A stretch of DNA of 63,475 nucleotides, filler included, from Choristocarpus tenellus KU-1152 (GCA_964200185.2; 10 parts of 10 records of this genome joined end to end with filler, not necessarily neighbours in it); one strand, 5' to 3'. Counted from the whole stretch's first letter, positions 37,798 to 50,850 are shown. The notes: generated by a model from the letters alone, not told the origin. Translations and numbers: made by a program.

Positions 37798-39264
37798 ATT
37801 CGTAACGAGCTCAGTAAAACCAAGGAAACTCTTACTTCTGCAGCACGTAGAGCTCCAAAGCAGCGAGTTAAGGTTGGACTTGAGGACCTGCCAACTCCCC
37901 AACCCCGCCCCTTCATCAACACACAGGGTCCGGGGTCCCCGCTACGAATGGCATGTGCTGTGGCGGGGAATAAGACAGTAGCCCCAAAAAGCATCGCTAC
38001 CGCTTCTGCTCATCTTGACACGATTGGCAGCACTACAGATGTGTCTATCCCTGGTATGGTGCCTCCTACATCCATCCCCAGCTCTGCTTCTGTGGATGAA
38101 ACTGCTGCTGAATCTGATCGTGCTGTTCCCCCTGTGGTGACCTCTTTGGCCGCTGTTCCGGTCACTACAGATAGTCTAGCTTCGTCATCATCTGAGATGT
38201 GTAGGGGGGTTGGGTTGACTGATACCTTGGTCGTTGATGGTGTAATAGGAGCAGATGAGGCGGTTGACATTACCTGTGAACGAGAAATTGTCTCTACTGA
38301 CAAGGAGGACTTTGTGGTGGAATGTGACTCCTCTGCCTCTGTCTCTACAAAGGTTGGTGAAAGATCCGTGTCAGATGAAGTACAAGGGAGTGACCTTGCT
38401 TCCTCAGTGAAGATGACTAGGCCGGTGGTCCCCAATATCATGCCTTCTTCAGTGTGCCTATCTAAGTCTGATACGGTAGTTGAAGATACTCCAGTGAGAA
38501 GAAGAATCAAGGAGTCAGGGGTAGGGGTAGATACCCCTTGGTTGGTGGCTGATGCTGCACCTGCGGGAGCTGCAGAGATGGGGGCTTATGTTGTGGATAC
38601 TGGTAGGAGCCCTCAGGAAGAGGCATACAGAGTTGAATCTGGAGATGAAAGGGTCATCCCCACGCAGGAACTCTCGTCCAACTTTGATAGAAGAATGAAC
38701 ACGTCAAGCCCCACAAGGTCGGTCATAATTTCAGAGACTGTAGCAGCTTCGGCATCTGGAGTATCTTCTGCTGCTGGGACACTTGGCAGTTCTGTTAAGG
38801 GAAGTCAGAGTGGGCGCAAAACTGGTGCCTCGCTGACACCTGCACTGGTACCGGCCAACAAGGAGAAAGAAGCTGTGAAAAAATCAAAAAGGCTCCCCTC
38901 AACAGCATATGAATTGGAGCGTGTTTGGCGTAGCACAGCCTCAAACCAAGATGTGCGTCTACACCTAATGAGGACACTCCCACCAAGTGATGTGATTAAG
39001 CTATTCAAACGAACACCAGTGGAGGTGGAACTGTTGGAGGGACTCCTATCAAGCCTTGGGCCAGCATTTCTGCCTGACTCTCCAGAGCTGGCCCTTAAGT
39101 GGTTGGTCAGCCTTGCCAAGGCAAACAGGTTCAGCATGGCAATGACCTTGGTTGGGAAGGAGGTGCACCACTCCGTGACAGAAGTTCTGGATGTAGTGGG
39201 AAGATATATGGGTACAGGAACAGAGGAGTTGCAGGCCCTGCGGACCAAGTACCAATGCAGCTAG
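37798..39264 (+). CDS. RPAP3: RPAP3/SPAG1-like R2TP co-chaperone, terminal exon (RPAP3_C domain after a long disordered linker)
   Basis: Acceptor aaaacag| at 37797. The C-terminus LPSTAYELERVWRS...LPPSDVIKLFKRTPVEVELL...WLVSLAKANRFSMAMTLV matches the RPAP3_C domain. The upstream TPR exons are not on this contig. Confidence 0.85.
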   Translation: MRNELSKTKETLTSAARRAPKQRVKVGLEDLPTPQPRPFINTQGPGSPLRMACAVAGNKTVAPKSIATASAHLDTIGSTTDVSIPGMVPPTSIPSSASVDETAAESDRAVPPVVTSLAAVPVTTDSLASSSSEMCRGVGLTDTLVVDGVIGADEAVDITCEREIVSTDKEDFVVECDSSASVSTKVGERSVSDEVQGSDLASSVKMTRPVVPNIMPSSVCLSKSDTVVEDTPVRRRIKESGVGVDTPWLVADAAPAGAAEMGAYVVDTGRSPQEEAYRVESGDERVIPTQELSSNFDRRMNTSSPTRSVIISETVAASASGVSSAAGTLGSSVKGSQSGRKTGASLTPALVPANKEKEAVKKSKRLPSTAYELERVWRSTASNQDVRLHLMRTLPPSDVIKLFKRTPVEVELLEGLLSSLGPAFLPDSPELALKWLVSLAKANRFSMAMTLVGKEVHHSVTEVLDVVGRYMGTGTEELQALRTKYQCS

Positions 39265-40181
39265 TGATTGAGACCTTTGCCGACAATGGGGTGGACTTTT
39301 CCAACTTGTACGTATTGTTTTGGTCCTGGTTGTTACGATGTTGTCGCAACCAATAACTGCCGCTGTGTCTGTCAGCTTTTTGGATCTTTCATGTTGTTAA
39401 TTGTACCCTCAGTATGCTTACAAGTGTGTACCATGTACTGTACATGTTCTTTGTACTGCAGGGTTGAGTCGATTTCTATTCCTGAGGCCTGGAACTGCAA
39501 TTGGTGGTGGGAAAGAAGATTATTGTTTTGTGCGATGATGAACAACTTAGCTGCATTTTTTCCTGTGAAAGTGTGTATTATGGGTTTATGCTTGCAGCAA
39601 GGATCTTGAACAAAACATTATTTCCCACATTTTGTCAACAAGGGTGCAGTTACTTGTAGATCCTCCCAGTCCATGCTTGCAGTGATCAGGAAGTACTTGG
39701 GTGACACCGACTGCTGTCAGTATTTTTTTTGTGGGTTTCTCATATTTTTATGGGGGCGATTGTGAAGAGGAATAAATACTACCACTACAGCTAATCCGTC
39801 TAAAAGTGCTGCAGTTGCACAAATGCATACGAAGAACGGACATTACATTGCTCTTCATATTTCCTGAGTGGCTCTAGTCTAATTAATACTGGAGTTAGCT
39901 ATCATGAACACAGCAGTTGGGAGCTCCTAACACTTGGTGAATAGGCGATGGAAGGTCTGCAGAGCTCTGGAACCTGAGACACAGAAACCACATTGCGTCT
40001 CCAGCAACCAATGTGGGGCACCACTGTTGGTACTACATCTAAAGCCTGGCACAGCCAGAGTCATGCTCCGTAGGTTGATAGCTTTATCTACACTATGTGG
40101 TTAATATCAGTATACTGGAGTACTTGATCCTATGCGACCTGCTCTGCTGTGTTACACCTCTACCTCTGATCTTACTCTAAC

Positions 40182-42924
40182 CTACCACAACTCTCCTGAG
40201 GATTCCCCACGCACAACAACATCTGCCACCCAGCCGGGTACACCTGGAGGGGCATTCACACTCCCTCGTGTTTGCTGTCGGTGGTAAGACGCTCTCCTCA
40301 CAGTTGCAAGGACCCAAGCAGGGGCTCCGACAGCATTCAACCCCCTATCTGATGGGAGCATTCCTGCTGCTGTTGTTGCTGTCACCCCTATCCGATCCTC
40401 AGCTGCAAGGGATGCTCTCCGAGCTGTGGCCTGTATCCATGCAGGGGCCTGGTCAGTACTGTTAATGTCACCTCTGTTGGTGCCGCAAGTACCGAACCTT
40501 TCAAGCCCTTCACTGGATGACATGCGCTGGGCAACCCTCTGGACCCAATCTGCAATAGGTGATCCACTGGACACAATTGCTGCTGCCGTCCTTGGATCTA
40601 GTTCCCCTGTCTGTGTGCCTGTAACTACCTCAGCTGCAACTGCATCAGACCCCTGCAATGATCCTTTTGTAGCAACAGTAGTATCTGTTGACACATGGTC
40701 TGCAAGGACGGTAACAGATGGCGCAGGATCCAATCTCCTGCATGTTGATTCCTTAACACCTTCAACATCCCCTGTGCATGTCTTGGCAGGCGGTCTCATT
40801 TCCAGAGTTTTTTGGTCTCCGTTTCCTTGTATAGATAGGTGTGAACAATGTGTACGTGTTGATTGAATGTTCTAGATTCCAATCACTGAGTTGTAAATGA
40901 ACCTCTCCCCTAGGTTGATTTTATTTGGGAGCATCAAGGCAGACCGACAATCCTATTCAGGCACTTGTAGAACTTAGAGAAATGCCCAGGGGTTATGCTC
41001 AGGGTCATACAGTTGTGCTTTGAGCTGGTGTTCATTGAGTACTCCAGATCTATCGGATTCTGCACAAAAATTTCATTAATATAATATGCTCTTTACTAGT
41101 TCTCATCTTTGTGTCCCTAGAGTCTAAGGTAGTGTATGATTTTCATCACCCAGCAGAATTCACAGACTCTGACGTATGATTGACAAGAAGTCCCTGCAGA
41201 CCACACCGGTACATGCTCAAACAAGGAGCAAATTCAAATTGAACTCTTTCATTACAACCATTCAAAAAGGTTCAAATAAACATTTCTTCAAACCAAGTCT
41301 TGAACAGGCTGGGATTGTTTTAGAGACATATTTCATGCAGCAGTCTTCATGGAAGTCTTTTCTCCCCCCAAAAACACTATCTAAATTAGTCCTACACGTA
41401 ATAATATTTCTTCTCCTACCACTCAATTTCTCCATGTTAGTTATGGATAAATGCCTCCACATCAATACTGGGATCCTTATTGTACAGAGCTGTTTGATGC
41501 TATTGCACAAGGACATTGCAGTACCATCTCTACTACATATAAGGACATACATGTCCGTCCATATCTTCGTTCTCACCTTGCTTGTCCCTGAGTAGGAGAC
41601 TATCCACTGTCCCTAGTTCCTCCTGATGAGATTTGGAAGTATTTTCTTCACTGCTCTTGCACTGCTTCTTTTCTTCACTTGAATTACCCTCCTCTCCTTC
41701 CACTGTACCTTGCATGGCCTGACAATGCTCAGTTTGTTTGGGTCTACCATGATCAAAGGTTTTGTGTGGTGTCTGGGATGTACCACGATCTAGTGTGGTT
41801 GGGAAGCTCAAGGCCACATCTCCAGTACATGCTGAATCGACACCAGCTCCATCTGCCACTATTCCACCTACAGGACCACCCACTCTATCTCCGTCTCCAA
41901 TGTACCCTGAAAAAAATTGAGCAGGAGCTGGCTCAATAGTAGCATTGCAAGCAAGAGGTGGCGAACCCTCAGAGTACTGCTTCTCTTCCTCCTCCTCCTC
42001 GTCCCCCTCTTCACCCTCCTCCCCCTCCTCTGTCATGTTGCTGTCAGTTTCATTTCCCTTACTATACTCTGTTGGGCGTGCATGAGATGGTCAGCACTTT
42101 GAGAAAATCATTTGGTGATGTCAGCCTCTACAATATCAATCCACCCCTTCTCATCTACGATACAGATGGGTGACTCCTGTGCCTGGCAGGTGAATAAGTA
42201 GTAGGATCTCCTCTGCTGATGGAAATCATACCCACAGCTGTGAAGAGAGAAAATAGGTTAGAAGCATTTGACCCCTGGCTAAAATTTCATCCCCGTAACA
42301 TGAAGTGACTGAGGTTGTGAACTCCAGCAAAGAGTGGTTTGTTTGTAGCTAGAGATATGTTTGGTTGTGAGATGAGAATCCTGGATATAGACTTTCCTTT
42401 GCAATTTACACACAAGAACAATTTGCCGTCCTTCACCCAACAGTCCAGCCCCCCTACTTCCTCCGCCTCCCTGCCTTCCTTGTTCTACCCTCCATTTCCC
42501 TTGGTGCTATCCTTGTCGAAACCAATTCTGTGAGTCTCTATCTCCTCAGATTCCTTACCTAAAAGGCAAAGGGTAAATGGTAAAAAGCAATATTGTTGCC
42601 TATTGAGCGAGGCATGGAGGCAGGATCATATCTCATCAACTCTAGTGCCATGAATTCCAGCAGAATATGATATCCTGCCAATATGTCCAAGTCACAATGA
42701 TGCATCTAAAAACATGTAAAATGCCTCAATCCTTGTTCACCTGACTGTCCGTTTCCTGAAGGCACTCGTGGTGGAAAGAGAATAACGGGTTCCGACGATT
42801 GGCTCGGTGCACTGTTCTTCGAACTATCTGCCATATTGTAATCCTCACTATCCTCCTGTGATGAGCCCTTGCTATTGCCATATCCATTTTCTTCCTGGTC
42901 AGCACATCCCTCAGACACTGGACC
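40182..42924 (-). CDS. Hypothetical acidic, low-complexity protein (3' exons) with four C-terminal PxW(V/I)...RRxS-like motifs
   Basis: Phase-1-compatible exons 42924-42741, 42068-41577 and 40825-40182; open frames with GT-AG boundaries. Confidence 0.6.
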
Positions 42925-43332
42925 TTCAAGTAGAGTAGAGTGATGAAGTAGATATATTGTGGGGAAAGAGAAAGCAGGTTCTCATCATGAACCTCACCAA
43001 TGAAGGCTGTGTCATATTACACCTCCGACAGAGTTGTGATTGTTATATGTATCAGCAGTGATACTATACAATTTCTGCTACCCACAAGTAGGTACCTGAT
43101 GGCTTAAAGTATCTGGGGGGGGGGGGGGGGGGCTGTCCCTTGGGGGGCAAATTTTTTNNNNNNNNNNNNNNNNNNNNNNNNNNNNNNNNNNNNNNNNNNN
43201 NTTAATTAATTAANNNNNNNNNNNNNNNNNNNNNNNNNNNNNNNNNNNNNNNNNNNNCGGTATAACGGTATATGGCATACGAGCAATACGGTATAATAAC
43301 AGACAAACATGCTTTCCACACATATGTATATA

Positions 43333-43460
43333 GTTTTCATTGGTTTTCCCCTGACACATCTGCAAAATGTCAGAGGGCATAATAATATAAATATATGACT
43401 AGTTTTCATTGGTTTTGACACATCATCTGTAAATTATCAGAGGGTATAATAATAAAAACA
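43333..43460 (+). repeat. Dispersed ~60-bp repeat, two tandem units here
   Basis: gttttcattggtttccccctgacacatctgcaaaatgtcagagggcataataat also occurs at about 8925-8990 (+), 49595-49655 (-) and 36040-36085 (-). Confidence 0.8.
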
Positions 43461-45081
43461 ATTGTTACATTATTATCATTATTTGGTATTTTTCTGACAT
43501 CTGAATAGTCTCATTTGTTTTTCCCTAACAGATCTGTAAAATGTCAAAAATATAATTTAAAAAAAATTGAGATGTGGAATCTTTCAAGAATCAATCCCAC
43601 AACTATTGGACATCTTCAACCAGAGATGGAATACCTTAAGGATCCTCTTTGTTATCCCGTCTTGACTTTTGTGATGACCTCTCTGAGATTCTCATCACTC
43701 CACAATTTTGCCGCAAGTCTTCTTAATATTACACTTGTCCAACCTTATCCTCCTTCTCTCATTGGCCCTAGAGATTCACATCATTCATATATGTGAAGAT
43801 TGTTCTACGATTCCAGAACTCTTTCCGAATAGTTCAGTGAGGTTGCATTCTGCCGTTCCAATCAAACATTAATGTCGGAAGGAAGAAATGAGAAAATAGG
43901 AAAATTAAGTGGGTACAACCATTTAATGTACGCATATTTCCTAGACATGCCTTATTAGTAGTCGATTGTGGTGATATATTATTATGTGACATTTTGTAGA
44001 TATTTCAAGAAAAAGTCAACGAATAGGAGAAGGACCTATAATAAGTAACACTTGTCACTATATTGTAATGATCACAATAAAAACATTATTGTTGGTGTAT
44101 GGTTACAGAAGAAAATAAAAATGATCCAATTCAGAGAAGGGTAAAATTTGAGTGATGATAGTATATTGGACAAAGAGTACGCCTTATATAAATTCATTGA
44201 TAAGAGGTGATAGGTCAGAACGTTCAGAATTTGACAAGTACTCTGCAACCTTCAAAGGTTTGAAGTTTTATTGGTATTATTGTATATTGCCGAGTGGCCT
44301 GACCAATGGGACACGACACAACAAGAAGTAGACTCAATTTTGTCTTTTTGGTACGTCTGATCCTTAGACTTCATGTTGATTCATAACCAATACTACACCT
44401 TCATGAATGGTCATGGAAACCTTTTTTGGTCCTTGCTCCGAATGAAATATGGCCACCCCCCCAGATCATGCTTTTACCTCCTCCTGTCTTTAAGACAATG
44501 AAGTTCGGAGTAGATCAACGGCGTAGGTTAAAGCCACCGCCAATTGGCACCCCAGGTCAAGGGATAGGGGCACAATATGTGGGGTCTAAAAAAAGCGCGT
44601 TCGTCCCCAACAACGTGGGTAATGCGGTATGTGATGATGGATGGTCATCCTATTCAGCTAAGGGCTATTTGTGATTATTGCATCGTTCCTGAGATATGTA
44701 GGCAGGAAGAAGGGAAGTCCACGCACCTGAGACCATCATTTCGGTATCCTTCATATTTGAAGTTACATCGAGAAAACTAGTTATGGAGTAGTTCAATGTT
44801 GTTTGCATGCACTTACACTGCCTTTCTGGACAACGTTGGTCGAAGTTTGTGTCAGTAGGTACACGGCAGTACGTATTGCTGCCCTGCTCTTCTGTAATGC
44901 AGATTGGGCCAAGTTTTTTTCATTGATGCCCCCGTCCTCCGAATATTCTTACAGCAGTGTGTGGTGCTTTATTTTTTGGCTATAGACTTTATGTCGCAAG
45001 TGTTTGTGCTGATCTCTTGACCCATTCGACCACATCCCACAGGCAACAGAGCTTGTCCAGGCATTTGGTCTCCACCCTACT

Positions 45082-46263
45082 ATGGATCTGGAGTCACTGT
45101 GTTCGCCGAGGCAGAAGAACCCTCAGGAGGAGGCGGTTTGGTACAGGCCATTTGGCATGGCTTGTGGTCTATTCCTATCGACCCTGGGTTCGTTCCTTTT
45201 GCTCGCAACAACGGGGGCCAGGAATTGCGGGTGGTTCAAAGTAACATACGTGTGCACAGGAGTTGGGTCTGTAGGAGTTAAGTTGGACCTGGAAGTGGGG
45301 ATATCGATGGGATGGAGGGGTTTCGTGGTAAAGGTGAGAGTTACCTCACCTGATGTGCTGCTAATGTCGTGGAAAAGGAGGTATTTCGTATTGACTCAGG
45401 CTTCTGGTGGGAGTTATCAGGACTTAGTGCCCAGCTTGTTCCCCCAGCCCCCCCCTTCCCCTTCTAAAGGATATACATTTTAGCCACAGCAAGTAGGTTT
45501 CAGCACCTGTTGCTTATGCTCAAGGACGAGTAGGGCCATGGATGCGGGTCAAGTGCTCTACTCTATATGTTGCATGTCTCCACCACCCTATCTAAAACAG
45601 CGGTCAGCACAACAATAGTTTCCAAATGACCCTGAAGCAGGAAAAAGCTGTAGTTGTCCCCACCAACTCTACCACTACTATATATGATTCACAATAAGGT
45701 TAATCCGTTCTCCTCTTTTTGTCATACTTATCATTCAGTTGCGACCTGGCATGGGTGTTGATAGCTCTGACGTGAGTCAGTTAAGCGCCTCGCTGAGGAA
45801 TGTGGGCTCTAGGGCTGCAGCAAGCAACTATGTCGCTGCCACTCTTGGAATAATACTTGCCTGTGTCCTCCTCGTTGGGGGTAGCGGAAACCCTCGTAAG
45901 GTGGCGGTGCCATCTGTGCTGGTACCTGGTTTAACAGGTATTGTCGGGGTATTGGTGGCCATGGTGTGTTGTCTCATCTTTGATACAAAAACTGGGGGGG
46001 TGTTTGCAACCGGGGAGGGAATAAGGGCGGCAGAGAACGAGGTGGGAGGGATCCTTGGTAATGAGTTCTCATGGGATTGCAAGGTGATGTCGGGAACAAC
46101 TCCTGGCTTGGCATTTTGGACAACTATAGGCGCATTTGTAGCACAAGGAATAGCCTGTGCGTTAGCATTATGGGAGGGATTAAGGCAGTTGCAATTGAGG
46201 AAGAAGGTGACTGAGGATTCACTATTGACAGAGGATTTCCAGAGCTCAGGCAGTTATGACTGA
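45082..46263 (+). CDS. Four-TM membrane protein with claudin/PMP22-like topology
   Basis: Exons 45082-45333 and 45739-46263 (phase 0, GTGAGA donor, cattcag acceptor). TM1 is followed by a loop with CGWF and GWRG, then three further hydrophobic segments and a short acidic tail. Confidence 0.75.
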
Positions 46264-49170
46264 AGGGGGAAACGTATGGGAGGAGCCAAGGCAGCCCACG
46301 TGGCCCTAAGAGTGTTTGGGAGTGTGCCTTGCTCTTTACATATGGTTTGAAGCATGAATGTGTGTATGTGGGAGGTGTTGTTTGGGTGGTTGTACATACG
46401 AAGAGTCAGGGATATATGTGATGGGTGGGAATATCTCCCCTGTTAGTGGAAGAGGAGGAGAGAGGTGGGGAAGAGTGGTTGTTTGACTCTTTGAAGTCCA
46501 TAGACTTTCCTGGTCTATTGTCCAAGGGTCTATGCAACCATGATCCTTTGGGTGTGTATGGGTGCCATTGTGGACTTGGATGGAAGTGGCCTCGAGTGTG
46601 TGACTTTTTGGGTCACCTCTTGGTTAGTGCCTTGTTGAACTCCTTCATGCCTGTTTTACCTCACAAAGTGTATTGAGGAGGGCGGAGGAACACAAGGTGC
46701 CTATTTGATTTGTAGCACCACAGGTGATACGTTCAATCAGAACCCTGGAGTTTATAGCTTCAACAGTGAGACATCAACAGGATTGGAAGGGAAGATGCTA
46801 TGATCACAGGCCAAAGCATGGAGCTGAACTGCCTTACTGTTCTATTTGACTCTAGTACACAGTAGACCTAACATTCTCAAATGTCTATTCTGGTATTGCT
46901 GTATGATTCCACCCCCTATCTATTGCTTGCTAGTTCTTGCAGATTTGTCTATTATTGTAGATGATAGGAGTTACTCATCTTACCTGTGTTTGGCACTTGT
47001 TGAAAGAAGATGAGTTTTCTGCTGCTGCCATGCTTCCAGGTTTTTGGTGGCATGGTACTTAGGTGTTGGGGAATCACTACACTCCAGCTTCGTGACTGGT
47101 TGATGCCCCTTTTTTGTTGCTTGTTGACTCGTAAATTTTGATGGGTAGAGTGCTTTGTAAAACAGCCTGTTGTGACAGGTAGTGAAAGAGTACAACAAAT
47201 GTAATGCAGAATAGCTGTATGTAGTTGGTGCTGATTTACTTGTATTTTAGAGCTGAATGTTCCTTCATGCCTGTGTCTGTGTTAGTGTAGCTTGTAAAAT
47301 ATTTATGGAAGTTGTGAGTATTTCTTGTTTGTTACCCTTTTGTTGCAATGTGCTCTCATCACCTATTTTTATAGTGGGACATAGAGTTACTGATGTGGAG
47401 TCACTTTGTTGTGACTGAAGTACTCTTTCTTGACCATTGGAACTGGTGTGTTGTTGTGGATTTGCGTTCCTTGGTCTTCATTTTTAGTTTTGTATAATTC
47501 ACCGTGTCAACTTCTTTCCATTTGGATAGAATTAATTGCTGGTGTGCTTTTTTTTGTATAGTTGGTATTAATAGTGTGAACTGAATCCTGTTGTGTAGAT
47601 ATGTTTGGTGTGTAGACTACAATGTGGAGTGAGGTCAAATATCAATGAATTGCAAAGCAGCTGAAAGAGGTTGTTATAAAGCCACCAATACATCCAGAAT
47701 AAGATAAACTATGCATTTGAATTGGTACTCGCCCATACATGTTGCCGAGTCCTTGTGTTACATTTTTTTCAATGTAAAAGCACAGGAAGAATCTTGTGAG
47801 GCTGCTCTATACTCCTGCTTAATCATGTCCTCTTTCTAGTCCTTGCTGCCTTCCAAGCACAATGCAGGAGAAAGTGCTCTGAACAAGACATGTGTAAAGG
47901 ATGATGCTTCAACATTTGTGTGGTGGTGGCCTGAGCAGTGAAATCGTACCAAGATTATGTGGATTATAAGGGCTGTTCTTTTAATGGAAAAATATAGTTT
48001 TTCCTTTCTCACTATGTAATATTTGCTCTGAACAGTGGGAAAAAGTTGCCAGATGGGAAGAGTTGAAGAACCCCACATGTTACTCTTAGGAGAGTTTTGT
48101 CACCAAAAACGCCCACTGACTGTGCTCGACACATTAGTGCAAGCCAGAGGAGATCTGCGTCACTATGGGCTTAATGGACAAGGTGTCGCATTCCAGGGAA
48201 GTATTCATTGCAGACTGTCATATTTCTATTGAGCAACTAACTCTTCCAACTATCCCTTTACTCCAGTATATTTTAACTTTTTTTTTCTATTGCCCCTGCT
48301 ATCCCCCAGTAGTTCCGCTCTTGTTCTATGTGAGTTTGGTGTGGGGTGCTCAGGTTTGACATTTACTGGGTGGGTGCCCTCCAAACGCAATGTACATGTG
48401 AGGGATACTAGAGGTATTAATTGATCCCTTTATGTCTGCCGTTCATATATTATGGATATCGCAAATATTTACACCTTGTACTCTAAGTCTACATCTCCTT
48501 AGCAAATTGGGCGGATTATTCCCGTTGGGTCTGAATTTAGAATAGCTTTAGGAGTAGAAATGTTAGGATCACAAAAAGTAACAAAACTCAAGAGAAAGCA
48601 TGGGTAATTATCTTATTGATCAATCCAAAGGCTGGGTCTAGCATGCGAGGTCAACTGCCGCTTCTACGTTGATCAGGAAGTAGAAACAAATCGAAACGTA
48701 ACAACAGCAGAGAAAAAAAGGAGGGTGACGAAAGGAAAATAGAGAAAACACTGCAAACATGGAAGACGGTGACAGGCGACATATACCCCTAGATGCACCA
48801 GCGCAAAGGAGGTGGGTCTTAAAAAACATCTGCACGTCGTGTCATTCATCCATGAAGTTTGAGTTCTGTTGCTACACAGTTTATGATGCTGCCCTAGAAT
48901 AGTATTTTGCTTCAGTTTCAAGCAGCCTTAGTGGTTGAGGCAGTACCATGTTGTTATCAAGCTTAGTAAAAGCAAGAGTTCCCGAACTAGTCAAAGATTC
49001 GGATTTTTCGAATTGGTGAATGTTTGGATTTGACTGGATGACCTTTTCACCGTTGCTGTACTTCTGGGTTCTGTACTAAGCAGTTAAAGGTATACTTAAC
49101 GACAAAACCAGTAGTTTTGGATTTTGTAGTTGGTTAAATATCTAAAAGGCATTCAACTATCGCTTATTGT

Positions 49171-49242
49171 GCGCGTATGGTGCAGTGGCAGCATACCACG
49201 TTTGGGTTGTGGTGGTCGAGGGTTCGAACCCCTCTACGCGCC
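49171..49242 (+). tRNA. trnP: tRNA-Pro (anticodon UGG)
   Basis: Full cloverleaf: acceptor GCGCGTA/TACGCGC, D arm GTGC/GCAT, anticodon arm CCACG-TTTGGGT-TGTGG, T arm GAGGG-TTCGAAC-CCCTC, discriminator C. No encoded CCA; a T-run Pol III terminator follows. Confidence 0.95.
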
Positions 49243-50640
49243 TATATTTTGCTGTCACGTGTTGAAATTTTCTTAAAGTCTGTCATGATGTTAGTGTATT
49301 GTGATTATGTATCAACTAATATTTCGGAGTTGTTATGATGGAGGGAATAAGGGGGAAAATCTAATGCAAAGAAAATGATACACAGAACAAAAAAGAGTAC
49401 ACTTTTTTTTCCGTATGTTATTTCTACTATTGTTACTCACAATGGTTTTTTGTAGTTCAAAACCTCCATCATGGTCCTCAATAAAATGGGAAGTAATACA
49501 ACTACACCACCTAGAAGCCAAAAAAATCACGAAGCTATCTCAACATAACGCACCCAAACCAATCGATATCCATCCATGGAATATATGATGCAAATTATTT
49601 TATTATTATGCCCTCTGACATTTTGCAGATGTGTCAGGGGGGAAACCAATGAAAATGGTATTGTTATTATGTACTACAACAACAGAGTAGAACAGAAGGA
49701 AGTCGGTTTTTGTACATAGCTCTTTTCAATATTTTGTGAGGTAAAATTTCAATTTGCTTTATGTCACTCTTCACTGCATCACCTTTGAATCCCTTACAAT
49801 CTATCAACGCTCAAGAAGTGCATTGGAAAAATCAGGATCCTGGTGTTTCACAGGTGTACTTCTTGTCCTCAAGGGCACCCTCAGATAATAGCCGTTATAC
49901 AGAAAGTAGTGTTACAAGTTTAGTCGTGTGTTTTAGAATAATAAAATGGGACGTGCTGTAATTTCGACCTGATGATGGCTAATAATGAGGCAACAGATTG
50001 CCACATTAATATGTGATACCACAGGTGAATATCCCAATTGCGGTTCAGTTCCAATTGCGACAGGCTAGATCATGGGAAAGCGAAAGCTCGGAAAAGTTGT
50101 GTGAGAAAGGAGAAGAAGACAAAGGCCGAGTTGTTACCCTTGAGTGAAGCTGAAAAATGTGCCCAGATAGATGAAGAAGTTGAAGCAGAAGATGAAGGGT
50201 GAGGATGAAGGGTGAGGATGAAGAGGGCGAGCAGAGGGAGGAGAACATCAATGCTCCCCCTTCGACTGAGGGTGGCATTTTGGAGTGTTGGAGATTGAGG
50301 AGGATGTAGAAGAGATTGATGGAGAGCAGGAGGAGGACGTGGATGGAGATATGGCTGCCTGCTTCGAGGTTTGAGGAAATGATGAGCTTGCAAAGCATAA
50401 AACGCTATAATGCTTCAATTTTTCATTGGCCCAAACATCGATGAACAAGCCCGGGAAGGACAGTCTCCCACGTAACATGCATGGATACATAGGATTCAGT
50501 GTCTACCATCAGCAGAGTGCACGAGATCTATGCTCTCTCTACTTTCGTACCCTGAACATCAATTACGTCACTTGACTTGGAAATACTTCTGTTGCAGGTG
50601 ATATGTCTTGATGGCGGTTTCATACACACAATTATGACCT

Positions 50641-50850
50641 GAGCCAAAGTATCTCAGAGGGTAGAGCCGTGTCCACTTGGGGGCCAAACGTCAATGTTGC
50701 AATTTTGATATAATTTTGATGTAATTTTGGCTATTGTGTTTGTTAGGAAGTGTCAATATCCATGTTCCGGACACACCTTTTCATAACGTACACATTTTAC
50801 CTACTCAGAAACGTTTTGGAGTAGGAAAATGCCATAAAATACACCGTGGT
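50641..50850 (-). mobile_element. MITE family A, reverse orientation, cut by the assembly spacer
   Basis: Begins GAGCCAAAGTATCTCAGAGGGTAGAGC, the reverse complement of the right end of the other copies. Confidence 0.85.

Noticed and set aside
38010-39349. Long minus-strand ORFs
   Set aside because: Antisense shadows of the RPAP3-like exon.
48740-48840. CKHGRR-like zinc-ribbon repeat remnant
   Set aside because: A single short degenerate match followed by a stop; unsupported.
50040-50400. Acidic coding-like stretch
   Set aside because: Purine-rich low-complexity sequence with stops; no family could be assigned.
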